Source: Thermoanaerobaculaceae bacterium (GTDB lineage Bacteria; Acidobacteriota; Thermoanaerobaculia; Multivoradales; UBA5704). From it: a stretch of 64,000 bases of DNA. Positions 9,217 through 18,037 of the stretch are shown here, piece by piece. The DNA lies in contig CAVQIV010000010.1 of the NCBI GenBank assembly GCA_963712665.1, forward strand, positions 135,291-199,290. The letters are read 5' to 3'. The translations under genes and the position numbers were made by a program. The notes beneath the pieces were generated by a model that searched no databases, had not been told where the DNA came from, and worked only from the letters and a program-made list of their open reading frames with translations. How positions within the stretch are numbered: the stretch's first letter is position 1; the number at the start of each line of letters is the position of its first letter.

Positions 9217-9408
9217 ATGAAGAAGAGACTTCCGAAGAAGCTGGAGCTCAGCCGCGAGACCCTGCGGTCTCTCGCGGAGATCCGGATGGGCGAGGTGGCC
9301 GGCGGGGTGTCGAGGCAGTCGCCCACGTGCCCGATCATATGCGGGTCGGACGCCAACACCGTCTGCTTCGAGACCTGCGCCTGCACCTCGCCTATCGTCT
9401 GCGAGTAG
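9217..9408 (+). CDS. RiPP (lanthipeptide-type) precursor peptide 2
   Basis: AAGGAGG RBS; leader nearly identical to precursor 1; core VSRQSPTCPIICGSDANTVCFETCACTSPIVCE. Confidence 0.85.
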   Translation: MKKRLPKKLELSRETLRSLAEIRMGEVAGGVSRQSPTCPIICGSDANTVCFETCACTSPIVCE

Positions 9409-9410
9409 GC

Positions 9411-9472
9411 ACCCTCATCACCCCGGCCCTCTTCTCCCGCCTCCTGCCACCCCCTCACCGGGAGAAGAGGGA
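9411..9472. repeat. Partial copy of palindromic repeat family B
   Basis: CCCTCATCACCCCGGCCCTCTTCTCCC...CCGGGAGAAGAGGGAG shared with 34058-34248 and 58679-58866. Confidence 0.8.
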
Positions 9473-9569
9473 GTAGGTTGCGCTGTGCGCATCAGGAACA
9501 GTGAAGGTGCGCACAGCACATCCTACGGCAAGACCATTCGCAGGCGTTCCCCTCAGGGTTTCGAGGGCC

Positions 9570-9770
9570 TCAGAAGCCGCAGGCGATCGTCCACTGCCCG
9601 CAGTTCGTGACATGGGAGGTCCCGGGGCAGGTGCAGGGATAGCTCGGCGGCATCGTGGGCGAGCAGGTGGTGCTGTTACAGTACCGCGGCAGGGCGTTCG
9701 CCCGCGGTGCCCAGAGGGCGACCAGCGTGATCCCAAGCACGGACGCGAGAAGCACGATCTTTTTTCTCAT
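9570..9770 (-). CDS. Small secreted cysteine-rich peptide
   Basis: AAAGGAG RBS; Sec signal ending ANA; 40-aa mature part with 6 Cys. Confidence 0.8.
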   Translation of the reverse strand: MRKKIVLLASVLGITLVALWAPRANALPRYCNSTTCSPTMPPSYPCTCPGTSHVTNCGQWTIACGF

Positions 9771-9915
9771 GGCAAAGCTCCTTTGGAATAGGTCTCTCTC
9801 TTAGAGGAGTGCAGGATTCCCGCCAAAGCGAGACCGAGGAGGTGGCGCCAGGCCATGGGAGCCAGGGATTTCAATCCCGGCGAGGGGTGGGCGCCGAACG
9901 TTTATGAGGCCGCTT

Positions 9916-10679
9916 CTACGGACCCTTCAAGAGGGATAGGTACTCCTCGCTGTCCGAGATCGAGTTGTGGCCCGTACCGCGAATGACCTTCATCGTCGCG
10001 ATGCCCGGCAGGAAGTGATGGAAGAGAGCCTCGGTGCTCGCGCGCGGGATGATCTCGTCGTGCTCGGCCGCGATCAACAGCGTCGGCACCGTGATCCGGA
10101 CTGCGTAGCGCCACGACTCGAATTTGTCTTTGAGCAGCCACCGTACCGGGAAATAAGGATATTGGCGAACCGCCAGCTCCTCGACGCTGTTGTAGGGCGT
10201 GACCAGCACCAGACGGCTGACGGGCCGCTCGCTCGCCAGCCGGATCGCGACGCCGCTGCCCAGGCTTCGACCCACGACGGTGATCGTCGGCATGCTCCGC
10301 GTGCACCTTGTCGAACAGGGCCAGCGCGTCACCATGGATGGCCGCTTCGGAGGGCTCGCCGGAGCTTTCCCCATAGCCCGCGGTAGTGGAGCAGGTAGAG
10401 CGAGTGTTCCGGAAAAGCCGCGGAGAACGCGGGGAGGTTGTGCGACACGTCTTCGGCATTGCCGCCAAAATAGATCAGAGCCTTCGGACCTGAATGCGGC
10501 CGTACCGACAGGGAGAGTGTAGCGTCAGGCCGCTGGAGCGTGGCCGTGCTTGCGGTGCTCTTGTAGGCCCGCGGCTGTGGATAATAGATGAGCGATCGCT
10601 GGGAGGTGTACATCAGGACACAGATACCCAGATAGACACCCACAATCACGAGGATGGCACCGATGATCACGCGTCGCAT
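9916..10679 (-). CDS. Alpha/beta hydrolase (one frameshift near 10380, further indel near 10300-10330)
   Basis: YFGGNAE and LLHYRG in one frame; GRSLG nucleophile elbow, AEHDEII and TGHN in another. Confidence 0.8.
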
Positions 10680-10700
10680 GGGTCTCCCGTTAGCCTGGCA

Positions 10701-11534
10701 TCAAGAAGGATCGCCGGTCTGCGTTCCCGTGACCAGGCGGACGTATTCTTCCATGACGGCACTGTTTCGCGAAGCGTTCCATCCCCGCCGATTTTTACGA
10801 GGTGCCGTTTCAATCTCCGCCACGATGAGGTCCGGGCCAAGTTGCCGTGCCGACTGAAGCACCATGCCGTCCGGATCGACAATCCCAGAGGATCCGTAGG
10901 ATATCAGGCTTTCCGTACGCCCTGAGACGTCGGCACGGATCACGGAAACGCTGTTCTCGATCGCCCGCGCGATGTCAAGGTTTCTTGCCTGGGCGACCAG
11001 CTCCGGTCCTCCTTTCGCCGGAGGGAGACCATTGTTCGTGGGCACGAACAGTGCTGCCGCCCCGCGAGAGGCCATGATCCTGGCAGGTTCGTAATAGTTG
11101 GAGTCGAGGCAGATGATGATTCCGAAAGTCAGGTCGCCTACCGTGAAGACTGGGATCTTGTCTCCAGCCTCGTAGACCGACTTGTTGATCGCCGGATACA
11201 GTTTGCGATAGATGCCGAGGACCGACCCTTGGTGAAAAACCGCTGCAGAATTGTAGAGCCGTCCTCTTCTGTCAATCTCCGTGAATCCTAGAATGGTCGT
11301 GACCCTGTCGCTCGCAAGGGGGGCCAGTAGCGCCTGTAACTGACCGCCCTCCGCGTCGATCGCGATGTCGGTGGGGCGGCTCACGTAGTCAGCCAGACCT
11401 CCCAAGACTCCCTCTGGACAACATAGAATCTCTACACCGTTCGCTTCACACCAGTCCACCTGTTCGCGAATCAGGCTCAGGACCTCCAGCGAGCGGGTGG
11501 CAGGCAGGGGAGCTTGGTAGGCGGCGACCTTCAT
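10701..11534 (-). CDS. Carbon-nitrogen hydrolase (nitrilase family)
   Basis: Glu-Lys-Cys triad motifs CCPEG, IYRK, IICLD. Confidence 0.9.
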   Translation of the reverse strand: MKVAAYQAPLPATRSLEVLSLIREQVDWCEANGVEILCCPEGVLGGLADYVSRPTDIAIDAEGGQLQALLAPLASDRVTTILGFTEIDRRGRLYNSAAVFHQGSVLGIYRKLYPAINKSVYEAGDKIPVFTVGDLTFGIIICLDSNYYEPARIMASRGAAALFVPTNNGLPPAKGGPELVAQARNLDIARAIENSVSVIRADVSGRTESLISYGSSGIVDPDGMVLQSARQLGPDLIVAEIETAPRKNRRGWNASRNSAVMEEYVRLVTGTQTGDPS

Positions 11535-11587
11535 TGGAGGTAGTCTCCGGGCGAGGTTCTGAATGCGGTTGGACCTATCTCCCGGTG

Positions 11588-11793
11588 TTCAGCCCCGAAG
11601 GGGGCGACAGCGTGCAGCCTGGGGCGTGAGCCCCAGGAACACGGAGCCTTCCATCCTTTCAAGCCCTGAAAGGGCGGCAGCAGCTTTCTTTCGGCGGTCT
11701 TCTGCCGCCCTTTCAGGGCTTTCGGGTTTGGAGAGATCCTTTACCTGGGGCTCACGCCCCAGGCTGCACGCTGCCGCCCCCTTCGGGGCTGAA
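11588..11793. repeat. Long nested inverted-repeat REP/MITE-like element
   Basis: TTCAGCCCCGAAGGGGGCG..CAGCGTGCAGCCTGGGGCGTGAGCCCCAGG arm and its mirror image; inner AGCCCTGAAAGGGCGGCAG/CTGCCGCCCTTTCAGGGCT. Confidence 0.85.
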
Positions 11794-11855
11794 GCAAAAA
11801 CTGGCACCACGGTTGTTCCGTGAGGAACTCTAAGCATCCAAGACCGTCAAGCCGA

Positions 11856-11884
11856 AAGATAGACTTCCTTCAGCCTGGCGTCAA
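11856..11884 (-). promoter_or_regulatory. Sigma70-like promoter
   Basis: TTGACG-17 bp-TATCTT on the minus strand. Confidence 0.45.
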
Positions 11885-11974
11885 GAAGCATGACCTCCCC
11901 GAAGCCTCCTTCAGAGACGTTCAACCCCGGTTCGCCGTCTGTCGCCCGAGGCGCGGAGACGTTTGGAGCCGGCG

Positions 11975-12220
11975 CGCAGCCGTTGGAAATCCTCTGGCCG
12001 ACGCTCGAAATCGTCCGGCCGGCAGCGGCGAGAGCCTGGCCGCTGTCGGCCAGCCATCGGCCGGTGGTGAAAACCGTCTGGCCGGCGCTGGCGAGAGGCT
12101 GGCCAGCGTTGGCGAGGCACCGTTTACTGCCGGCGAGCCTTCGCCGAACGCTGGCGAGCTCTGTTTGAGCGTTGGCGAGCCTCGTTTCAACGCCGGCGAG
12201 CCGCTCCCAGACGCCGGCCG
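11975..12220. repeat. Degenerate 21-bp tandem repeat array
   Basis: (C/T)GGCGAG-like motif recurring every 21 nt; minus frame reads LAGVETR LANAQTE LASVRRR. Confidence 0.7.
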
Positions 12221-12459
12221 ATGTACTCCGGAGGGACTTGGGGCGACGCTGGAAGGGGCTGATCCGTAAATCAGTCGGGCGGGATACGGCGCGGACCGGG
12301 AGATCCCTGGTTTCGACTCTGGCCTGCCGGCGGCTCTTTGACAATTGACGCAAACTCAATCTCCGGCCCGGTGCGGGGACGGGCCGAGGATTTCCTTGCC
12401 AGGGGGACAGGTGCGGGCTGTCCTCCTGGTGCCTTGTCTGGCGGGCTTCAGATCATCGT

Positions 12460-13262
12460 TCAGCCTCCAGTTCGCTGTGGCCAGCGCACGAAGAATCCAT
12501 CTGACCATACGATGTCTTCGTCGAAATCGGTTGGAGCGAAGGGACCGACGGTATAGTCGGTAGCGGAAAATCTACCATCTCGTCCCGGGCTACGGATGCT
12601 CATAACTTGTTTTGCCAAGACGTCTGCAGTATTCAGGTAGAACTCATAAGGATGGCCCCAACCATCCTTTTCTGGGAGTGACTGCAGGTACTTGGGAACC
12701 AGGATCGGCTCGAGCTCTTTGCGGGAAATGGGGGGATACTGTGTGAGAGATATCGTCTTGCTTTCCCCTGAAGTCTGCGACTGCCCTGCTGCTCCTGCTC
12801 CGACCTGATCCGTCAGCCAACTGAACATGGCAGTGCCAACGTTTCGAAGGTCCGCAACGGTTCTCTTCTGCGCCTCCTTGTCATGGATTGGATTTTGTTC
12901 CACCGCGCCCTGTCCAGGATCAGCATTGGATTTCTTCGTATAACGGTTACATTTACAAACGGAACAGATGAGCTCGCCGCTGCTGGAGTCGATGGGCAAG
13001 GGGAGCGATCCCATCATGGGAATGCCGCTCATCACCAGTGTTCCCTTGTCGTCAACTGACGCAGGAAAGGTATGACCGTTCTCGTCGGTCACCAGGAATG
13101 AGCCTTGATTAGCCTTGATCTCGAAGAAGTCGCTGCGTCCAGAGGCGCACTCCCATCTGCCGTATAGCTTTCACCCTTGGCGCGACACCCGAGACCTGAA
13201 CCCAGAATTACCGCTACACCTAACGACCACAGCAGTGTCAGACCGCGAACTTGGCGCATCAT
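12460..13262 (-). CDS. Probable lipoprotein with C-terminal GspG-like (type II secretion pseudopilin) domain; frameshifted near 13090-13160
   Basis: GGAGGAGG RBS and lipobox-like GLGC in the upstream frame; QKRTVADLRNVGTA, DGWGHPY, IRSPGRDG, DIVWSDG in the downstream frame. Confidence 0.65.
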
Positions 13263-13286
13263 CGTAAACCTCCTCCCAGTCAGAAA

Positions 13287-13344
13287 GCCCAACCTTTAAG
13301 CATAAGTATACCGCAGCGATCCGGTTGGATACACTACCTTGGGC
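13287..13344 (-). other. attC-like site (58 bp)
   Basis: Begins GCCCAAG immediately after the GNAT stop, ends GTTGGGC (GTTRRRY); imperfect internal palindrome. Confidence 0.5.
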
Positions 13345-13836
13345 TCACTCTGGTGCTTCGAACCGCATCAGCACCCAGCCCTCGCGATGCTCCTCGTCGG
13401 CCTCGTGGCGTGAGATCTCGACAAAGCCTGCTTTCGCCCAGCCGCGCAGCGCTTGCTTGTTCGAGGCGGAAGGGTCGACGGTGACGGAGGCCCAGCCGGC
13501 GGCGATGAGTGCCTTGGCGAGGGCGCGGGCTGCATCCGGCATGAGGCCGCGGCCGCGCGCATGCGGCAAGAGGAAGCCATCGAGGCCGCCGCGCCTGGGC
13601 AGATCGACCTCCCACCATGATTGCAAGTAGCCCACTGGCTCCCCGTCCGCCTCGATGATCCAGCAGTCGACCGCTTCGCGATGCAGACGATGCAGCATCT
13701 GCTCGCGCGTGAACGTCTCGTCGTCCCAGTAGCGTGAGACCTCAGGGTCGGCGTGCCAGGTGACGAGGCGATCGACGTCATGGTCCGTCGCCGGCCGAAC
13801 GACCGTCAGCAGTCCGCGTACCGCGGTTTCGGTCAT
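13345..13836 (-). CDS. GNAT acetyltransferase (AAC(6')-Ib/RimJ-like)
   Basis: PVGYLQ, ARGRGL, VDPSASNKQALRGWAKAGF. Confidence 0.85.
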   Translation of the reverse strand: MTETAVRGLLTVVRPATDHDVDRLVTWHADPEVSRYWDDETFTREQMLHRLHREAVDCWIIEADGEPVGYLQSWWEVDLPRRGGLDGFLLPHARGRGLMPDAARALAKALIAAGWASVTVDPSASNKQALRGWAKAGFVEISRHEADEEHREGWVLMRFEAPE

Positions 13837-14162
13837 CTTGATCCCGCTTTAGATCCGTTGGATTTGCGCCGAGACGAGGAGTTGAAGACTGACCGGCAAA
13901 GAAGGCCGATGAGAATGCCGCTGCCCAACTCAAGGGCAATCGCTCCGTAAAGAGCAGAAAGCCAAGGATGCAAAGGACTGTTCGTAAGCTGCGGATGGCG
14001 AACGAAGAAGTCTGCAGGCAACACAAACGGCAATGTGAATCCGAGCACGGCAACGAGGAGAGCGCCGAGACCAAGAAAAAGAAGAACCCGCGAGTAACGA
14101 TGAGCGACAAGTGCCGCGGCCAAGCCGACGAGAACGACTAAAGCCGCAATGACGGTCATCAT
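13833..14162 (-). CDS. Small membrane protein
   Basis: Three hydrophobic segments; ATGA overlap with GNAT. Confidence 0.65.
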   Translation of the reverse strand: MMTVIAALVVLVGLAAALVAHRYSRVLLFLGLGALLVAVLGFTLPFVLPADFFVRHPQLTNSPLHPWLSALYGAIALELGSGILIGLLCRSVFNSSSRRKSNGSKAGSR

Positions 14163-14201
14163 GATCGTTGTCGGCTCCGAACGCCGATGGCGTCAGGCGG
14201 C

Positions 14202-14669
14202 TCAGCGGCCCTGCAGCGCCAGTCTGATCTGCTCCAAGTGATGCTCATTGTGGGAGGCGACTTTGTCGAATTCGTCCTTCAACGTCCGCACTCCCGTTAC
14301 ACTGTGCACGAACTCGAGGTGGCCTTTGCTTTCGTAGTGCTGGCCGGCGTAGTAGATGATTGCGTTGCGAACCGATTCGTAGACTTGCCGCGAGATGTCG
14401 AGAGGTACCTGAGAATAGTCGAGCCCCTTGGCCCAGGCATCCTGGTCAAAGACCCAGAGGACCTGACGAGACTCGCTGAGGACCCGGCGAATGCGGTCGA
14501 AGAGAACCGTCTCGCTGTCAGCGAGGTGGTGGAGGATGAATCGGACGGACCACTTGCCGGGCGCGTAGGTACGCTCCAGATCGCTCTGATCGAGCGAGAA
14601 GTAGCTCAGCGTCTCGTCTCGGGTCTTTTCGAGGTCTCGGATGAGTTTCATGTCTTTGTCACTTGACAA
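14202..14669 (-). CDS. DinB/YfiT-like protein
   Basis: YAPGKWSVRFILHHLADSE and HNEHHLEQI motifs. Confidence 0.88.
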   Translation of the reverse strand: MSSDKDMKLIRDLEKTRDETLSYFSLDQSDLERTYAPGKWSVRFILHHLADSETVLFDRIRRVLSESRQVLWVFDQDAWAKGLDYSQVPLDISRQVYESVRNAIIYYAGQHYESKGHLEFVHSVTGVRTLKDEFDKVASHNEHHLEQIRLALQGR

Positions 14670-15189
14670 TGTTTAATGGATCATCCTCGTCCCGCGCCAG
14701 CAGCCACGAGTGGTACTCCAGCTCCGGAATCAGGCGGTCGAACCGCTTGCGGAGCATCGGGATCAACTTGTCGAGAACAGCCTGGTGGCACGCCAACTCG
14801 ACGCTCGGACGCACGTCTTTCGGCAAACCTTTCTTGAGGATATCTGGCGGGATTCCGAGCTTCTTCGGGTGCCGGTACGCCCCGCAGTCACGGTGGTCGA
14901 GGATGACGATTCGCCGGATGTCGTGCTCCAGGAACCTGGCGGCCTTGATGTGTTGCACGAGCACTTTCTGCCAGTCCGGCCGGCAGGCCCCGAGCGATGC
15001 ACCCGCGAGGATGAACTGGTCGTAGGCGACACCGGGGAAGACGCGCTGCATCGCGTCGAGCACCCGGCGGGGATATCGGTAGTCGATGCAAGTCAAAAGC
15101 AGCGACATACCGCCTTTAGAGAAGACCTCGGGAGCATACGCCTCAAACGTCATCGACCGCTGAACGTCTTTCATCGTGTCATCAGCCAT
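14659..15189 (-). CDS. Beta-carbonic anhydrase-like protein
   Basis: AAGGAGG RBS; Zn ligand motifs CIDYR and HRDCGAY. Confidence 0.75.
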   Translation of the reverse strand: MADDTMKDVQRSMTFEAYAPEVFSKGGMSLLLTCIDYRYPRRVLDAMQRVFPGVAYDQFILAGASLGACRPDWQKVLVQHIKAARFLEHDIRRIVILDHRDCGAYRHPKKLGIPPDILKKGLPKDVRPSVELACHQAVLDKLIPMLRKRFDRLIPELEYHSWLLARDEDDPLNIVK

Positions 15190-15242
15190 CGCAAAGACCT
15201 CCTTCAAAGTGATGCCGTCTACTGCCTGGCCTCGACGTGAGT

Positions 15243-15683
15243 TTACTCCAGAATCCACCCCCGCACCCACTCCGCCGCATAGGTCGTCACCTCCAGCCGG
15301 TGTCCCCAGGGGTCGTTGAAGTAGACGGAGAAGGCCTTGGTATGGTCGCGGGCGGTGAGGGTGTGGATCTCGTCGCCGGCGTCGTTGTGGACGGGGTGGG
15401 TGCGGACGTGCTCCAGGAAGTTGAGGAAGCCGGGACCGTCCACGCGGAAGGCGACGAGATGGAAGCCGGCGGTGGGACGGGAGCGGCGGGGCTCACCGGT
15501 GAAGAGGGCGAGCTTGGTGCTGCCGCTGTCGCTGGAGAGCATGAGCGGGCCGTGGGGGTCCTCGGCCCAGTCTTCGTATTGGGAGAGGACGGAGAGGCCC
15601 AGCGTCCGCTCATACCAGCGGGAGGCTTCGCGGCGGTCGGGAACGAAGAATTCGACGTGATCGATCTGATCCACCTTGAACAT
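15243..15683 (-). CDS. VOC (glyoxalase/bleomycin resistance) family protein
   Basis: IDHVEFFV, WYERTLGL, VYFNDPWGHRLE. Confidence 0.9.
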   Translation of the reverse strand: MFKVDQIDHVEFFVPDRREASRWYERTLGLSVLSQYEDWAEDPHGPLMLSSDSGSTKLALFTGEPRRSRPTAGFHLVAFRVDGPGFLNFLEHVRTHPVHNDAGDEIHTLTARDHTKAFSVYFNDPWGHRLEVTTYAAEWVRGWILE

Positions 15684-15695
15684 GGGTATCCCCCC

Positions 15696-16556
15696 TCAGG
15701 GCTCCTTTCCGGGAGCCCCTGGCGGCGACCATAAGACATTCACCTGATACAGCTCAAGGAGGATCGAGCGCAGCGGGTCTTTGGAGGAAGGCCGGGTCCA
15801 GGGGCTGGGTGTGGTCGAGTAGCGCAGGATGTAGCGGTATTTCTTCCCGGGATCGAAGGGACGAGGCTCGCCGATGAAGGCGCCTTCAAAGGCGAGAACC
15901 CGTCTTCCAGGAGGCAGGGGTCGGCCTTCGGCAACGGTGCCGCAGAAGCCTCCACGGCTGAAGTGTTCCCAGGCTCCGTCCTGCCACTGCTCGAAGGAGC
16001 CGAAGAAGTTGCCCCAGATGGCGGCGCCGTGGAGGGTCTGGGAGGTTCCATTCTCCAGGAGGAAGACGGGGGCGTGAGGACCGGGGCCGAGACCCCAGGG
16101 TCGCAGCCGGGCTTCCGGTGGAGCGGGAAGGACGCGGCGAAGGTCCAGCGTGGCCTGGGCTCCCTCCAAATCTGGATATTCACCCGGCCGGAACCAGACG
16201 GCGCTCAAGGAGAGCTCGAAGACGATCTCCCGGCCATCGGCGTGGAACGGCCGTTCGAGACGCAGGGGGGCGCTCCCGTCGTTGCGGTCGATCCGCGCCG
16301 TGATCCGGTACTCCCCCGGGCCGGCGAACCAGTCGGTGGGCAGGGGGCAGGGCACGGAGCGGGAGGGCAGAGAGACCCGGCACATCCAGAGCGGCCGGCC
16401 CGAGGGCCCCCGAAGGACGACGCCATAGCCGGTGAAGGGTTCAGGGTTGACCGCGCCGATCCAGCGGAAGGTCAGGGGTGGTCCGGCCAGGAGCGGCCCG
16501 GGCAGGGAGAGGCCCAGGAGGGCGAGGAGAGGGAGAATCCGCCGCGAGGTCCGCAT
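15696..16556 (-). CDS. Secreted hypothetical protein
   Basis: 286-aa ORF with signal peptide; co-oriented with neighbours. Confidence 0.65.
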   Translation of the reverse strand: MRTSRRILPLLALLGLSLPGPLLAGPPLTFRWIGAVNPEPFTGYGVVLRGPSGRPLWMCRVSLPSRSVPCPLPTDWFAGPGEYRITARIDRNDGSAPLRLERPFHADGREIVFELSLSAVWFRPGEYPDLEGAQATLDLRRVLPAPPEARLRPWGLGPGPHAPVFLLENGTSQTLHGAAIWGNFFGSFEQWQDGAWEHFSRGGFCGTVAEGRPLPPGRRVLAFEGAFIGEPRPFDPGKKYRYILRYSTTPSPWTRPSSKDPLRSILLELYQVNVLWSPPGAPGKEP

Positions 16557-16595
16557 CTGGAGGATTGGACGCGCGGGGGGCGGGGAAGGTTCCGG

Positions 16596-17138
16596 TTAGC
16601 CGGCCATTGCAGCCTCGGTCTGAGATACCAACACCTCGATCGGACAAGAGCCATCAAGCCGAACCAGGGGACAAGCAAGCTGCTTTATCCATTCTTCGTG
16701 CAGACGACGACTCCGCATCTCCATGGGTCCATCGTCGTACTGCGCCGCCCAAGCCAAGAAAGCCTGATGCTGTTGGTACATGTCGCCCGTCGCCGAAAGG
16801 CGCTCGCCAAAGCGACGCTGCTCCCGTTCACGAAGTCGATCAAGTCGTACTGCCGTGGACGTCACGACGAACACCGCGAGGTCTAACCGTTGGATGACTA
16901 CGTCACCCCATCCGCAGATCGACCCGGTCAACACCCAGCGACTTTTGGAGTGTAGCGCTTCGGCCAACACTTTCTGCCGGTCGGAGAGCTCCCGGATGAC
17001 CTGAAACGGCGGGTCCGTTGTCTCCCAGAAGAAATCATCAGCATTGAAGACTGCGAGATCATGACGCTTAGCGATCTCTCGGCCAAGTGTCGATGTACCG
17101 CTACCCGAGGCGCCGAAGAGGAGTATGCGGTCTCGCAT
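16596..17138 (-). CDS. P-loop nucleotide kinase (adenylate kinase/FlaR-like)
   Basis: GASGSGTSTL Walker A variant, DDFFW, WVLTGS. Confidence 0.85.
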   Translation of the reverse strand: MRDRILLFGASGSGTSTLGREIAKRHDLAVFNADDFFWETTDPPFQVIRELSDRQKVLAEALHSKSRWVLTGSICGWGDVVIQRLDLAVFVVTSTAVRLDRLREREQRRFGERLSATGDMYQQHQAFLAWAAQYDDGPMEMRSRRLHEEWIKQLACPLVRLDGSCPIEVLVSQTEAAMAG

Positions 17139-17145
17139 TGTCTAC

Positions 17146-17205
17146 GGCCGGTCAACGCTGTGGCCTCAGTGTGCGGCGTCAGCCGTCCGCCGCAACGGCT
17201 GGGAT
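17146..17205 (-). other. Degenerate attC-like site
   Basis: CCAGCCGTTGCGGCGGACGGCTGACGCCGCACACTGAGGCCACAGCGTTGACC resembles 59-base-element architecture; lies between two co-oriented genes. Confidence 0.55.
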
Positions 17206-17207
17206 CC

Positions 17208-17747
17208 CTACCTTTCAAGCTCAGGAATACTCTTGCTGAACATGAAATCAATGATAACCATCAGTATTGCTATGCCGAATATTATCCAGGTTACCCAGTC
17301 GCCTTCCGGCATATTGCGTCGATAGGCAATCCAAAGTAACAGGACGACTAAAACATTGGTGCCTATCCAAAGATACTGCTCACGATAGGCGCCGGCGCGG
17401 AGCGCTACTACAACAATCCAGAGGGTGGAAATGCTGATCGCGACACCCACCAGGAAGTACGCATCCCGGAGTTCTGGGACTAACCATCCTCCCAAAGCCC
17501 AGAAAAGCCAGGATACGACACCAACGACAAACCCAATTTTGAAGTGAACATTCCTCGTCTCCGTACTAGCGAAGTATTTGTGATCGTCCAGATATATTTT
17601 TAAGCGCATGAAGAAAAAGAACGCAACGAATAGCCAGAGAGTGAGCGGCCGGTCGGCAATTGCAGTGGGGATCTTGGCAAATCCACCGAGAAAAGCAGCA
17701 AGTGTTAGACCGAAGACAGCTGTGTTCAAGGTTTGGAATACGTTCAC
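17208..17747 (-). CDS. Multi-pass membrane protein
   Basis: 179 aa, about 6 TM segments, low GC. Confidence 0.8.
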   Translation of the reverse strand: MNVFQTLNTAVFGLTLAAFLGGFAKIPTAIADRPLTLWLFVAFFFFMRLKIYLDDHKYFASTETRNVHFKIGFVVGVVSWLFWALGGWLVPELRDAYFLVGVAISISTLWIVVVALRAGAYREQYLWIGTNVLVVLLLWIAYRRNMPEGDWVTWIIFGIAILMVIIDFMFSKSIPELER

Positions 17748-17807
17748 TCAATCGCGCTCATTTCTGTTGTCTGAACATCTACCTCGTTTCGAGAGTCGCT
17801 CGATACG

Positions 17808-17879
17808 CTTCTGGCGGCGCATCTTGCTCTATCTACGATGGTTATCACATTACGCCAGTTACTGGTGTTCGTCAAGATG
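17808..17879 (-). promoter_or_regulatory. Repeated ~72-bp promoter-bearing element at the head of the cassette-like gene run
   Basis: TTGACG (17870-17875)-17 bp-TAATGT (17847-17852); CATCTTG/CAAGATG inverted repeat; homologous to the IS-split copy at 4565-6086. Confidence 0.6.
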
Positions 17880-17931
17880 GGGGAAATTTGCCGGCTTAAG
17901 CATCCAAGACCTGGTGACGGATAAATCTCCG

Positions 17932-18026
17932 CCCGCGGGGCGTCTGCGATGTCGGAGGCGTCGCGTCCGCCCCAGAGACGCCCCACGGGTTTCCCGTGGG
18001 CGTCTCTACATTGGGAACACCCTTTC
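17932..18026. repeat. REP-like element, direct repeat 1
   Basis: AGAGACGCCCCACGGG..CCCGTGGGCGTCTCTAC palindrome with GTAG end; repeated at 18643-18739. Confidence 0.85.
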
Positions 18027-18037
18027 AGGACCTTCCT

